Assembly (NCBI GenBank): GCA_000320545.1
Contig: ADNK01000951.1
Coordinates: 1 to 53,024, forward strand
Direction of reading: 5' to 3'
Length of the DNA stretch: 53,024 nt
DNA from: Bigelowiella natans CCMP2755
Lineage: Eukaryota > Protista > Cercozoa
Position 1 is the first letter of the stretch. Every line of letters starts with the position of its first letter. The position numbers and the translations under genes are program-made. Below are positions 39,429-51,303 of the stretch, in pieces. Below the pieces are notes generated by a model. That model did not search any database. It had not been told where the DNA came from and saw nothing but the letters and a program-made list of their open reading frames with translations.

Positions 39429-40118
39429 CTAGACTCTTATCCGAATTGTATATATCTTCGCTTACAGGTATCAGTACCAGTCTGGCAGTGCCGTTCCCAA
39501 AAAGACCAATAAGTACATATAAGCCGATACGGTCAGCTATACTTTGTGCCACACATCGACATAAAACGTTGGTTCTTGGGAAACATCTAGACATGGTAAA
39601 CCTGGAAGGATTTTTTCAATACGCGTTGGCAGCGGCGTGTATGCAGCCCAAAGCGCATGCATTGGGCGATATTACGGCGCTACGGCGCTGCGCAAATGGA
39701 CTTTCTCAATTCTATACAGCGTACGCATGCGCGCTGCACAAGCTAATGAAGAAGGGTGCACTGAGTGTACGTGCCTGTACGGCGAATGAAGAAGCTAGAA
39801 AGGCACACTCACCACCGCTAGCACCGACAGTCAGTGACCGCATCGCCCACACACGACAACGCGCCATTTTTACATATACATGCGCTGCACCACGGCTTTC
39901 CTGCATTGTCTAGCGCATGCACCCGCGAATAAAGGTGAGACGGATGGTTTTTTTGGACAGATGGATGTATAAAGGTCATTATTCGCGTACTATAGCGTAT
40001 TGTTGATACCGCTAGACCGACTTTATCTAACCGATAGTGGCTTATTAACCCTAGAACTAGAGAACCCCATCTAGCCATCTAGCCATGCACTAGATGCACA
40101 ATAAGCATCTTTCATGCT

Positions 40119-41450
40119 TCAGGCACATGCCTCCCATACACCTTTGTGAAAGGCGTACAGCCCATTTTCATGCCTCGGTGAATAGCGAGACGCTGTGTAT
40201 ATCCCGGAATCCAGATTCCTTTGCACTTGCTCTGCAATTTCCCTATCCTCTTCCGTCAGTTCGAGCGACCCAGCAATGGACTGCTTCATTGTTGCTTCAT
40301 CTGTCCCGTCCTTGAAGGCATAGATATATTTAATCGCCATGGTAGTAGGTGTAAGTGGTACCATTCTCTCGACAGATATTCCTTGACCATACACATTGAA
40401 CGCGATGTTTGGGAATGCGAAGACCCAGACACCTGATGTTTCAGCCTCAGATTCCTCCTTGAGAGGTACGACATGCCGCATGGAACGCCCAGAAGGAGAA
40501 ACTTCGACCCTGTAGTCGCCTTGAGCTGAAATCTCATTGTTAAGGTTTTCATGGCAGCAGAAGATATGGTAGCCCTCCGAGTAGTTATCGACATATGTCT
40601 TCCAGTTACACTTCAGCTCGTGCGTTTTCATCGAATGAAATTTAAAGTCTTCTAGTCCTACCTCTCTTAGCGCGACTATCGCATCTGCAAACTGCTCTTC
40701 AAAAGTTGGAACCAACCGTACAGCTTCCTCTCTGCTAATTGGGGATTCCAACCCCATTCCAATAGCCCTTTCACAATGCAGCCGCACAAAAATCAACCCC
40801 ATTTCCTCTCGAACTTCCACTGGATACAGTCCCATGTCCCCTCTGTCAAATTCTGGGAGAGCTGCAGGCGAACACTCTCCACATGCCTTCGCCACGGCCT
40901 CTTCGCGCTGCTCCTTTGGGGTATCGCTAGGCCATTGATCATCAAAATGCGGTGTCCCTTTCAAGACGCCCGACTCTGAATAAGTCCATCCATGATACTT
41001 ACAGCGGAATCCATTTACAGGTGAGATGCCGCTAGCTGGAGAATCTACCGTCAATGATATGGTTTCCTGGGGAAGAGCAAGGGGGCCTGCACGATGGCGG
41101 CAAACGTTGTGGTACGCTCGCAGAGTGGTTGTCGGCGAGTCTTCCGAAAGCTCTTTTGCCTTACGCGCACGCTGCACTATGATAGGCCAACCGGCAATAG
41201 TGTCGGTGATGTACTCCCTCGGAGAGTTCAGCTGACTCGAAGATCCTATGCAATGCCATTGGGTCCAGAAGATACGTTTTCGTTCCTTCTCATACTGCTC
41301 TGGACAACGATACCACTTCGCTGGAAGCGTCGGCGCCTGGGACAGTGGGGGATATGGCTTGTTGATGGGCGAAATTTTTGTCGACAACAAGCGCTGGGTT
41401 GCGGCGGGAGGACGGCGGCAGCGGGTGACGAAGGCTGCGAGAGGGATCAT
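40119..41450 (-). CDS. Intronless Rieske non-heme iron oxygenase alpha subunit, choline monooxygenase-like
   Basis: 443 aa ORF with Rieske ligands NVCRHR...FRCKYHGWTY, mononuclear iron site NWKTYVDNYSEGYHIFCCH...EED, C-terminal VQRNLDSGIY...RYSPRHENGLYAFH, and an Arg-rich, acid-free N-terminus. Confidence 0.92.
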   Translation of the reverse strand: MIPLAAFVTRCRRPPAATQRLLSTKISPINKPYPPLSQAPTLPAKWYRCPEQYEKERKRIFWTQWHCIGSSSQLNSPREYITDTIAGWPIIVQRARKAKELSEDSPTTTLRAYHNVCRHRAGPLALPQETISLTVDSPASGISPVNGFRCKYHGWTYSESGVLKGTPHFDDQWPSDTPKEQREEAVAKACGECSPAALPEFDRGDMGLYPVEVREEMGLIFVRLHCERAIGMGLESPISREEAVRLVPTFEEQFADAIVALREVGLEDFKFHSMKTHELKCNWKTYVDNYSEGYHIFCCHENLNNEISAQGDYRVEVSPSGRSMRHVVPLKEESEAETSGVWVFAFPNIAFNVYGQGISVERMVPLTPTTMAIKYIYAFKDGTDEATMKQSIAGSLELTEEDREIAEQVQRNLDSGIYTASRYSPRHENGLYAFHKGVWEACA

Positions 41451-41844
41451 TCCGGAGGTCAGTCAGTCCTCAGCTCTCTCTGTCTTTTGTTAAGAAGTTG
41501 GTAAATTCATCAGATGTTTACGGTCTTCCTTTTTGATGTGCGACAGCTGTCGTAGGGCCCGTTTTCTAGATTTTGCCGGGTTTGCCAATCCAGGATCAAC
41601 AAACTAACTTAGAAACCGAGATGAAGAATGCATCCCGTTTTCGATTGCGACAACGCCGTTTCACAGAATTCTGAGCTTTTTCCGCATAAAGATTCTCGCC
41701 AAAATATCACAATTTTTTGGTTGGATTAGACTTTTACTCCCCCCCAACCCGCGGATACAACACGAGAAAGCACCGCCGAACCAAAGGATCAATCCAAACC
41801 TTTTTTCTAAGACCTAGTAAGAAACGAAAAAACACCACGGCACA

Positions 41845-44387
41845 ATGGGAACGAAGTCATCCAAGCTGCGGAAAAAACTCTCAGCGCATGGCGACTTAGA
41901 AAGCGATGATGTGACGCGTAAAACAATGGCCGACACAATGGTGAATGCGCCGCTGCTTACGACCCTCACTGAGAATCAAAGAAACCAAATGGAGAGCAAG
42001 CTGGTACCTACAATCCAATTATGTCACCAGGAAAATCGTTTCTCATTCCAACTTGGTATGCTAATTTGAACTCAGGAACGAAGGACCTTCAAGCCAGGCC
42101 AGAACATCATTAAGCAGGGGGATCAACCAGATGGGTTCTATATTATTGAATATGGAGAGGCCGAAGTGTTGGTAAAGAAAGCTGGCGATGCTACGGAAGC
42201 GAAGGGCCACGCTGTTGCAACACTTTCCGTTGGAGATTACTTTGGCGAAAGGGCTCTCATCGCAGCTCAGCCACGCGTCGCGACCGTGGTTGCTATAGGC
42301 AAAGTGGATTGTTTTTACCTTTCAAAGGTGATAATTTTTATTTTTGAAGGCAGCAGTGAAATGGCATTGCAAATGTTTACCTTTAATTTTCATTGCAGGA
42401 AAACTTCAAGCAAGTCCTAGGGCAATCACCTGAGATCAAAGAACATTTTCCAAAGCGTGATGCTGTTTGTGCAGAGGCGACAAACACTTTGGTATACGAA
42501 AACTTTATCTGAAAGTACGAAGAAATAATAATTCAGGTCGTCTAACTTTTATCCGCGCTGTCATTTTATCTGACATTTGAAGGTGAACCTTACGCACAAG
42601 CCCAGGTTTTCAGAGCTCAAGAAGTCAGGCAAGCAGAAACGGGGTAATGTTGGCATCATAATCACTAGGAAATAAGTCTTTCCTCATTTCCTCACAGAGA
42701 GTGAGACAATTGCCGATCATTACTTATAGCATGCTTCATTCTAGCTATCGATGCTGCCTTGAAGGCCAATTCCTTGTTCTCCCAGTACGACGAAGATCAA
42801 ATCATTAGGTAATTTTTCATAGATGCTGAGAGTCTCTGTATGATCTGAATGTTATTGTCCAACACCACCGCCACCACCAAATACTTACCATTCCTTCGAT
42901 GTCATCGTCGGTTGTGAACAGAATTGGGGACGCGATGTATCTTCAAAGCATCAAGAAGGGCGAAGCACCTGTCAAGCAGGGAGAATACGGAGATCACGTG
43001 TATGTCGTTGAAGAGGGGGAATTTCAGGTAAAATGATGACAACGTTAGGCCTGCGGTAGCTGCTTCACTTTACGACATTCCTGCTAAACTGAGAATTGTC
43101 TCACAAATTAGAGGGCGGTGGTGATAGAGTTGGTGTTTGCCATTACATGAGAAGGATAATTTCCAGGATATGTCTTAATCAGCTGTCCAATTATACGAAG
43201 ACAAGAGGATATTCCATTCTCCTCATCTTTTCTACATTCCTTTCGTTCCCTATCAGCTTTCCACCATCTCAACACATAGCGCAAACACATATTATATATG
43301 TATTCCTCGACATTTCTACCCAATGCGATCATCGTCCCTTCTATCTAATCATCAGATTACTGCCAGTAACTCCGAGGGCAAAGTGCGCGTGATTACAAGC
43401 ATACAAAAAGGTACTGAAACAGGCAGCAGCGGCTCTACCCGATTTTTGCATCCACGTAGAGTAGTGCGTGCATAAAAGGGGGCTCAAAATGAAGCATATA
43501 CTCGTGTTTGTCAGTCCCTGACATGTAATTTTTTAGGCAATGTGTTCGGGGAGTTGGCTCTGATGTACAATATTCGGTACTGCACACATCTTGAATCATA
43601 CTTGCGCACGAGCGCGTCATGGAATACACGCGCGCGCGCACGAGTTATATAGATGAATGCCAAATTCGCAGTAAGTCAGCAGCGCTTCTTCATTCATACT
43701 TAACCGGACTCGTCTTTTTTCCCAGCCGAAATGCCACAGTCACCGCGATCGAAGACTCCAAAGTTTGGGTAATTATCTTTGGAACTGCAGCGACGCACAA
43801 ACTGCAACTCAGCGGCAAAGCAGCCTCGTTAGCATCGATGATACGGTATGCGTGTTTGTTCAGGTGCTCGATCGTTTCACATTCCGTCGCATCATTCTCA
43901 ATACCAGTGCAGAGAAGCTGAAAGAGTACAAGGATTTTCTGAAAAAGGTCAAGGCACCATCCTTCACGCCAGGCTGTTTTCCAAGCCTCCGAGAGATGAA
44001 ATTGCATCGAAACTAGTGTTCGCAAAAGCTGATCTGTGTGCGTTGCTCCTGCCAGCATGCATCACGATGATAGCGTCAGTTCAAAATATAAAGATGAGGC
44101 GATTGTGGCAATGAGGCCAGCTTTGATATTTCATGATATACACCCCTAGGTACCGCTTCTGAAGACACTGTCTCGTGTGGAAAGAGAAAAGGTGCTTGCT
44201 TGATGCTACAATTGTAGTTGTAGTAGTAGCAGTAGCAGTAGACGTAGAAATAGTGTAGCCCGTAGTAGTAGTAGTAGTAGTAGTAGCAGTAGCTAGCTTT
44301 TCCATTGAGAGAAAAATCAAAAGATATTTTATAAGACAAAGAGAATTTGAACAATCTCCTCTCGTTCCTAAGGGAACCAGCTGTACG

Positions 44388-44434
<47 letters not shown>

Positions 44435-44794
44435 CTCACATCTGTTCAGGTTGCAGAGGCCCTCGATGAATTGACTTACAAGAGCGGCGAGACGATTGTC
44501 AGTGAAGGCGAAATCGGGTGGGTATGATGCGTGGCTCCTGCTTTGTACTCTCAAGACCAGTTGGAACCATACATTGGCAGTGATTTCTATTATGATGATG
44601 GAATGCATTAAATTCTGTTCTTACTGCAAATCTTTTTTATTCCGTGCCCATCCTCCCCATTCTCTCTCTCTCTCTCTCCCCCCCCCCCCCCCCTGGACTT
44701 TCTTTTTTTTTAGGGACTGCCTGTTTTTTGTGGGTCCGGGTAAAACCCCGGCCCCTCGAAACGGAAAAAAAACCCCTATGGAGTTTGATGGAAG

Positions 44795-44846
<52 letters not shown>

Positions 44847-45948
44847 TATAATGAAGTAAAAATACATGTATGTGCAACGATGATCATGATCATGATGATG
44901 ATACAGGTATGGGCCTGGCGATTACTTCGGCGAGCTAGCAATCAAGGACGAGACTGCTAAGTCAGTCAAACCGTCAACGATAACAATCGAAAATAGAGGG
45001 AGGGAGAGAGAGAGAGAGAGGGGGGGGGGGGGAAGGATTGTTGTAGATTATTCGATTTTGTTTCTGAAAGAAATTTTGAACCTACAACATCCCCACCCAA
45101 TGATATGACAAGCAAGTCTCATCACCTTCGGCCCTTTCTTAGAAAGGACCTTGTTTTCCTGCAGTAGGCAGTTAGATCATGTACAGCATGATGTTGCGCA
45201 CAATCATGATGGAAGGCTTTTGATGCCATAAATTTGATCATATAAAAGGAGCCGCCGCCAGGCCACGGTCAAGGCACTGGCAGGTACACGTGCTTACGTA
45301 TTGTGATATGAATATATATATATTTATTTATTTATTTATTTATTTATATTTTGATATAAATATGTGTGTGTGTGTGTGTGTGTGTGTGTACGTATGTGTG
45401 CCCATTGATGGCATTATGATTAGATAAATAAATGAATGATGAATCCTTTCGGGGGAAATGATAACATTAGGTTGTGTCTTGCTGAAGCTAAGCAGCGCCG
45501 CTGTAAACCTTCTACTCGGGCCGGTACCGACTTATACCTGAGAGAAAGAAGAAAGAATCTACGAAATGTTGCTCCGCCCTTTGAATTATGTTTCAAACTT
45601 TCCGTCTTTCGATAAGTGTAAAGGCTGAGTACGTGCACTTGTGTCCAAATACCTTGTAGGTGGAGGAATTCATCAAAAAAGGCATTAAGAAATACAGCAG
45701 CAGCTCGGGTGATGATTGTCGTGTGTCATGCAATCATTTTGGTTCTTCTCGACGCGTTTTGCAGAGAGGATAGCAGCACTGTTTGAGGGGAGGAGGGGAA
45801 GAAATGGGCGCAGACGTCACGAATGATTCAATCAGTATTTTTTTATATATTCTTGCGTTTCGGTCTGTCAACTACTTGTGAATACACACACAAAGAAACA
45901 CATGTACAAAGGCGCATTAAAATGTGTACTTATTATTGCATGTAAACG

Positions 45949-45992
<44 letters not shown>

Positions 45993-46668
45993 TGCATGGA
46001 CGCACAATCTAGGATATATGAAAGCACATCAAACGTTATGCATGATAGATTACAAAAATTGATACCCCCTCCCCACCCCATTTTCTGTTGTTCCATTTGT
46101 GCATGCAGCAACCGTTCACAAAGATGGCGACGAAGGTGCTCTACATAATGCGGTCAAATTCGAGGACCTTCAAGTCATTGGCCGCCTTGGAAATGGAGCC
46201 TTCGGATTGGTGAGAATACATGGATGAGTAGACTGATTGATAAGTGGCAAATGCATCACTAAAATTGATGGAAACATGAAGTATGGAAGAAGATAGTCGC
46301 GATGATTCTTGTCACGTGAATAGTGCGGAAGTCGTGCCCCATTTATATATTTTGAGGATAGATATTCGACAAGATTCATAATAATAATAACCCAGGTTCG
46401 GCTCGTTGAGGATAAAAAGAATCCAGGAAAAACGTTTGCGCTAAAGGTTGACAGTTTGAGAGAATATCAATGCATGATTCTCATACTATACAACCTACCC
46501 TTCCTTCATTTTCCCATTTTCTTTACTGCTGATGGTTGGTTCTTTCTAATGATATTTTTAATATCCAAATCGCTTGACGCGCAGAAGCGGATTTTACTCT
46601 TTTTATATCCCTTTGCGTGGAATATATACCATCATCCTGCTTCTTCACACCACAACAACAACCACCAC

Positions 46669-46705
<37 letters not shown>

Positions 46706-48342
46706 GACGTCAATATTACACTCTCTAGGCTGTGAGCAAGCTGAAGGTTGTCCGCTCCAAGCAAGAGGCTCATCTCGGTCACTACGAATAGGAAGGCGAA
46801 GAACAGCAAAGAGAGAGAGGAGTTTCACATAAAACATGTTTTACGGACAAAAGTCATCGTTTTCCGAACAAAAGTCATCGTTGTCGAATTAGAGATATCT
46901 GAGAATGATTTCGTTCTCTGCCCGCTGCTGGCTGGGTACACGGTGTTGATTGTTCCGACGTGATTGTAATCAGTCAATGAAAAGCGCATCCTTTCAAGAG
47001 TTCATCATCCCTTTTGCACACGCCTTTACGCTACATACCAGGTGAGGGAGATTCTTAACATTCGTAGTAGTAGTTGGAAACAAAATCGGGTGCATGCTAT
47101 TGTATATATTTCAATTATCTTCCCTCTTGGTCGTATTTAGGATGATAGAAGCGTGTTCTTCTTGATTGAGCCTTGCTTGGGAGGGGAGTTGTTCACAATC
47201 TTGAGGTAAAATTTATGATAACTTTATTATTATTACTATTATTATTATTATTATAAGTGCTCTATTTTGCATTGCGGTCATAATTTTGTCCTGGAGAAGA
47301 AGAGGATGAAGATGGTGATGATAACGTTGGTGACGACTGTGTTCACTTTTTTACCTAATTTATGTATTTACATTTTTTAGAGGTCATCGATTGTAGCGTT
47401 CACGACAGCGGTGTACCTATTGATTTGACTGACTCTTTTTCTACCCACCCACCTACGTGCAGGAGCAACACTTCGTTCAGTGAGTCCACCTCCAAATTCT
47501 ATGCTGCAACCGTAGTAGAGGTAGCAAGCGCAAGAATGGAATAATACCGCCAATTTACCTAGAAAAGATGAGAGGGTAGTGGCTTGATCTGGATGATGGT
47601 GAAATTGTACTTGGTGAGGGTTGAGGATAAAATCCACGAAGGAAACTGAGAATTTTCAGTTTTTGCTGTTGTGGTTTTGCTAGTTTTTGGTTGCTTCAAT
47701 TGTTTGAAATCGTTGCTTTCGTTGTGTTCCAGATTTTCTGCTACCTCCAGCATCGCAACATCATCTACCGTGACCTCAAGCCTGAGGTATGTGTGTTTGT
47801 GTGTGACGCCATTTGGGAAAGCTTTCAGCACCAACACGAATCTCTGTAAAATCTCGCGAAAACGTGCAATGCGCGTGGTGTCTAAGAGTTGTTGATGATC
47901 ACTCTTCAGAACTTGCTGCTCGACTCTCGTGGTTACCTCAAGATGACAGACTTCGGATTCGCAAAGGTTGGGATCAATGTGATGGCGCAGATGATAATAC
48001 TGAGAGCAGCCAAGGATTTCTAGTCACGGATTGGAGCGCATACGATTGAAACAGATGAATGATCTTGTCCGGTCGTGCAGAGCAAGACGTACACCTTATG
48101 CGGGACACCGGACTATCTTGCCCCAGAGATTGTCGTAGGTAAAGGCCATGGCAAGGTAACAACAAGCACACAAGAAACTAGCGCCATCTCATGAATAAGT
48201 TCACATGCATTATTATTATTATTATTATTATTATTGCGATTGGAGGATCGGCAAGGGAAAGAGAGGGGGGGGGGGGTGTAAACTTCATTGATTCCTTGAT
48301 TTTGGTCTTGAAACTGCTGTCGTAATCGTCTCCACACATATT

Positions 48343-48421
<79 letters not shown>

Positions 48422-49255
48422 CTCTCCATCCTCTCAGGCCGTTGACTGGTGGACGTTGGGCGTTCTGATCTACGAGATGGTTGCAGGGTATTATTCAAGT
48501 TGAAAAGAACAGAACGGATGATTTACGTACATACTGTTGAGACATCAAATGAAGGATTTGTACAGAGTTATGCAAACACAGACACACGCACTGAATATCT
48601 ATTATGTATATTAACATATGGCTATATGAGGAGTTATAATTACATGAATTGCTAGTAATGTAGATGTGTATTGGAAATATATCGTTGCAGCTATCCTCCA
48701 TTCTACGCCTCAAAGCCCATGCGAACGTACCAGAAGATCATCCATGCGAAAGTAATTCAAATCGAGTGACATCTCTGATTTCGTGCGAGTTTTCCATCAT
48801 CACCATAATTACACATAATTTATTTCTTGAGGCCATCATGAGCAGCCTTTTCACAATATTTTCGATTTTAGGTCAAGTGCCCTGTCCATTTCTCCCTAGA
48901 AGTCGTATCGGTAAAGAGAGAAATTGAGTGTGCTCAATTCTTGCAAATGGTGTCGCGATCTTCTTCTTTGCGTTTAACAAGTACTCTTTGAACAGATTAT
49001 CAAGAAATTGCTGAACCGAAAGCCCTCTGCACGGCTCGGGGTGAGAAGTATAAGGAGACAAATGTTTCCTCAATATCTAGCGATTTTTTGTTTAATCCCC
49101 CCCTCTCCCTCTGTGCAAACTTTGCAAATTCTTTCTGTTTCTTTATTACGATATGATGATTTCCTCACTTTGAGCCTGCGTTAACCAATCAATTTCCCAG
49201 GTTACCCATGGCGGACCTGAAGTGGTGAAGAAGCAAGCGTGGTTCAAAGGGTGAT

Positions 49256-49296
<41 letters not shown>

Positions 49297-49735
49297 CGTT
49301 TATACGGGACGCAGAATGAGAACCCTCGCTCCTCTTTCAAAACACAGGTTCAAATGGGACAAGCTCATGGCCTGCCAGCTGAAGCCGCCAATTATTCCTA
49401 AGGTTTTTCCTAACAGCAGCAGTCTCTTGAGTTCCCTTTTATAACATTTTTGGCAAATTCATTCAGGTCAAATCGACCACCGACATCGGAAACTTCCGCA
49501 AAGCGAGGAAAAAGGTCCTTTTAAGATTAAAGAGGAGAGAATTATGAAACGGAGAACGAGTTATTGCACCAGGGGTGGGTGGGGGTGGGGGGGATGATGA
49601 TAGGATGAGAGGAAACGTATTTTAAATTTGAGTTTATCGATGAATGGCATACAAAATTCTAATATATTCTGGCAAATATAGGACCCTGAGCCTCCTGAAT
49701 ATCACGGGGACAATACATGGTGCAAAGAGTTCTGA
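41845..49735 (+). CDS. PKG: Cyclic-nucleotide-dependent protein kinase (PKG-like): three CNB domains and an AGC kinase domain, ~33 exons
   Basis: MGTKSS; CNB cassettes [48 protein letters not shown]; kinase motifs [70 protein letters not shown]; C-terminus WCKEF* (TGA 49733-49735). Confidence 0.93.
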
Positions 49736-50966
49736 GCGAAATGGTGGGCGTTGTTGATTTTTCTGTGATGAAAATACCATGAGAATGTCCACGTGAAACT
49801 AGCATCCGAGCAAGGTATCTGATCCTTTGATATTTTTGTATGTCTCACAGGGATTCTCTCAAAAGTAACTTTCATTGGCTGAGTTAAATTCCTGGATCCT
49901 CAGAATAACTTTTCGAGTAGTTGTGAATTTTTGTGAGAACGTTGCAATATAAGACTAATTGCACGTTGCTTTCAATTTCTGGACAAATTCTCATGCTACA
50001 TAACATTGCCTGTTTTGCTGCAAATTTCTTTTAGTACTTCCCTTTGTGTTGAACCACGTTGCATCTCATCGTGCATGCATTGAATGCACGCAAATCTTAC
50101 CAACCAATTTAACCAATCGCTGAAATGAAATGCAAGTCGTGTTCGTCGCAAGAGTAATCAAGATGCACATGCTGGCATTGGAAAAATTGTAGCTAACAAC
50201 ACACCCACAATCAAGTGACGTACGTCATCAGATCACTCTGCATCGATCATCATCGGGGAGCACGCACATGTGCTGCACAGTCGTCATGAATTGTTGCAGC
50301 ACCGTTTGATCAAAATTCAAAGATTGCACCTAGTCTCAGAGCGAGAGTCTGGATCGGAGATGCTGCGTGCTGCAAGCTGTGACCTCAAGCAGACGTGGTG
50401 GAAGCCTTGCAGCAGCGCGAGACGCCGAGGTGGCACAGCACATTCACGCCACCGCACCGCACGTGCTGCACCGTCCATCTCTAGGTCTAGCCGTGTGTGA
50501 CCGACGTGCCAGTCTAGCAGTGTCTGACAGCATTGCCAGTGTCCAGGTGCGCACAGTCTTCGCACACCTTGACTGAACTACTAGATTGTCCGTTTGGTTA
50601 GCCAGACGCACGGATCGATGTGGAGTCGGTCTGGCGATTGTGCAGCAGGACAACAGGGCATCAATTTCCAGCCTTCTCAAAAGCCATCGATCGGCAATGC
50701 AATTTTTTCCGTCAGGAACTCACCAAAATGGTGCGGCACCTGACTTGCGTGTCAGAACTGGAGAAAACAAGAAAGAAATTTGTTGATGGACTGCATTTCA
50801 AAACGCTGCAAGACGTTTGCAATGCACGAAACACAGTGCAAGAGCAATGCACGAAACACGGTGCATCGAACTAGCTTTGGTGAGGATTGTCTGGTGAAAC
50901 CAGCCAGTCAGAAGAAACAAGTGCAAGAGCGCGGGAAAATGATCCCGCACGACCGAGGCAATGGAC

Positions 50967-51095
50967 AATGCATGCCATTTTGCAATTACGTCTAAGAATG
51001 TCCCCAGTCTCCGTTCCTTTCTCGACCAAGAAAATGAAGAATGCATGCCATTTTGTGAATGCGCCTAAGAATGTTCCCAGTCTCTGTTCCTTTTT
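50967..51095. repeat. Imperfect direct duplication with a ~73 bp period
   Basis: aatgcatgccattttg...ctaagaatgt.cccagtctc.gttccttt occurs at 50967 and 51040. Confidence 0.85.
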
Positions 51096-51303
51096 CGCAA
51101 CACCAAACCGATGAGCCACCACAGAACCGAAGCAACTCCTCGTGATCAACTAGAGAAGACAAGGAATGGAATGCCCGACCCGCCGCCCTGAAGGCTCCAC
51201 AACCACGCCACATTGACGGAAACTAGAGAGGTACGTGATGCTCCAGGGTAATTATTTGCCAGGTTTTATTTTACCTCCTTTTTCTTATTCCGTGCAGCTA
51301 TCA

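Noticed and set aside
7957-41860. Functional cluster for protein lipidation (ABHD13, ICMT, two myristoylated proteins)
   Set aside because: The genes are interspersed with unrelated ones and are not an obvious pathway; probably chance.
44680-44800. Degenerate CNB3 exon suggesting PKG pseudogenisation
   Set aside because: It follows a poly(C) run and shows inflated homopolymers typical of a poor read; the rest of the gene is intact.
2247-46885. Short tandem duplications (14 bp at ~2247 and ~11568, 21 bp at ~46847) as CRISPR-like arrays or target-site duplications
   Set aside because: Only two adjacent copies each, with no spacers and no enclosed element; simple slippage.
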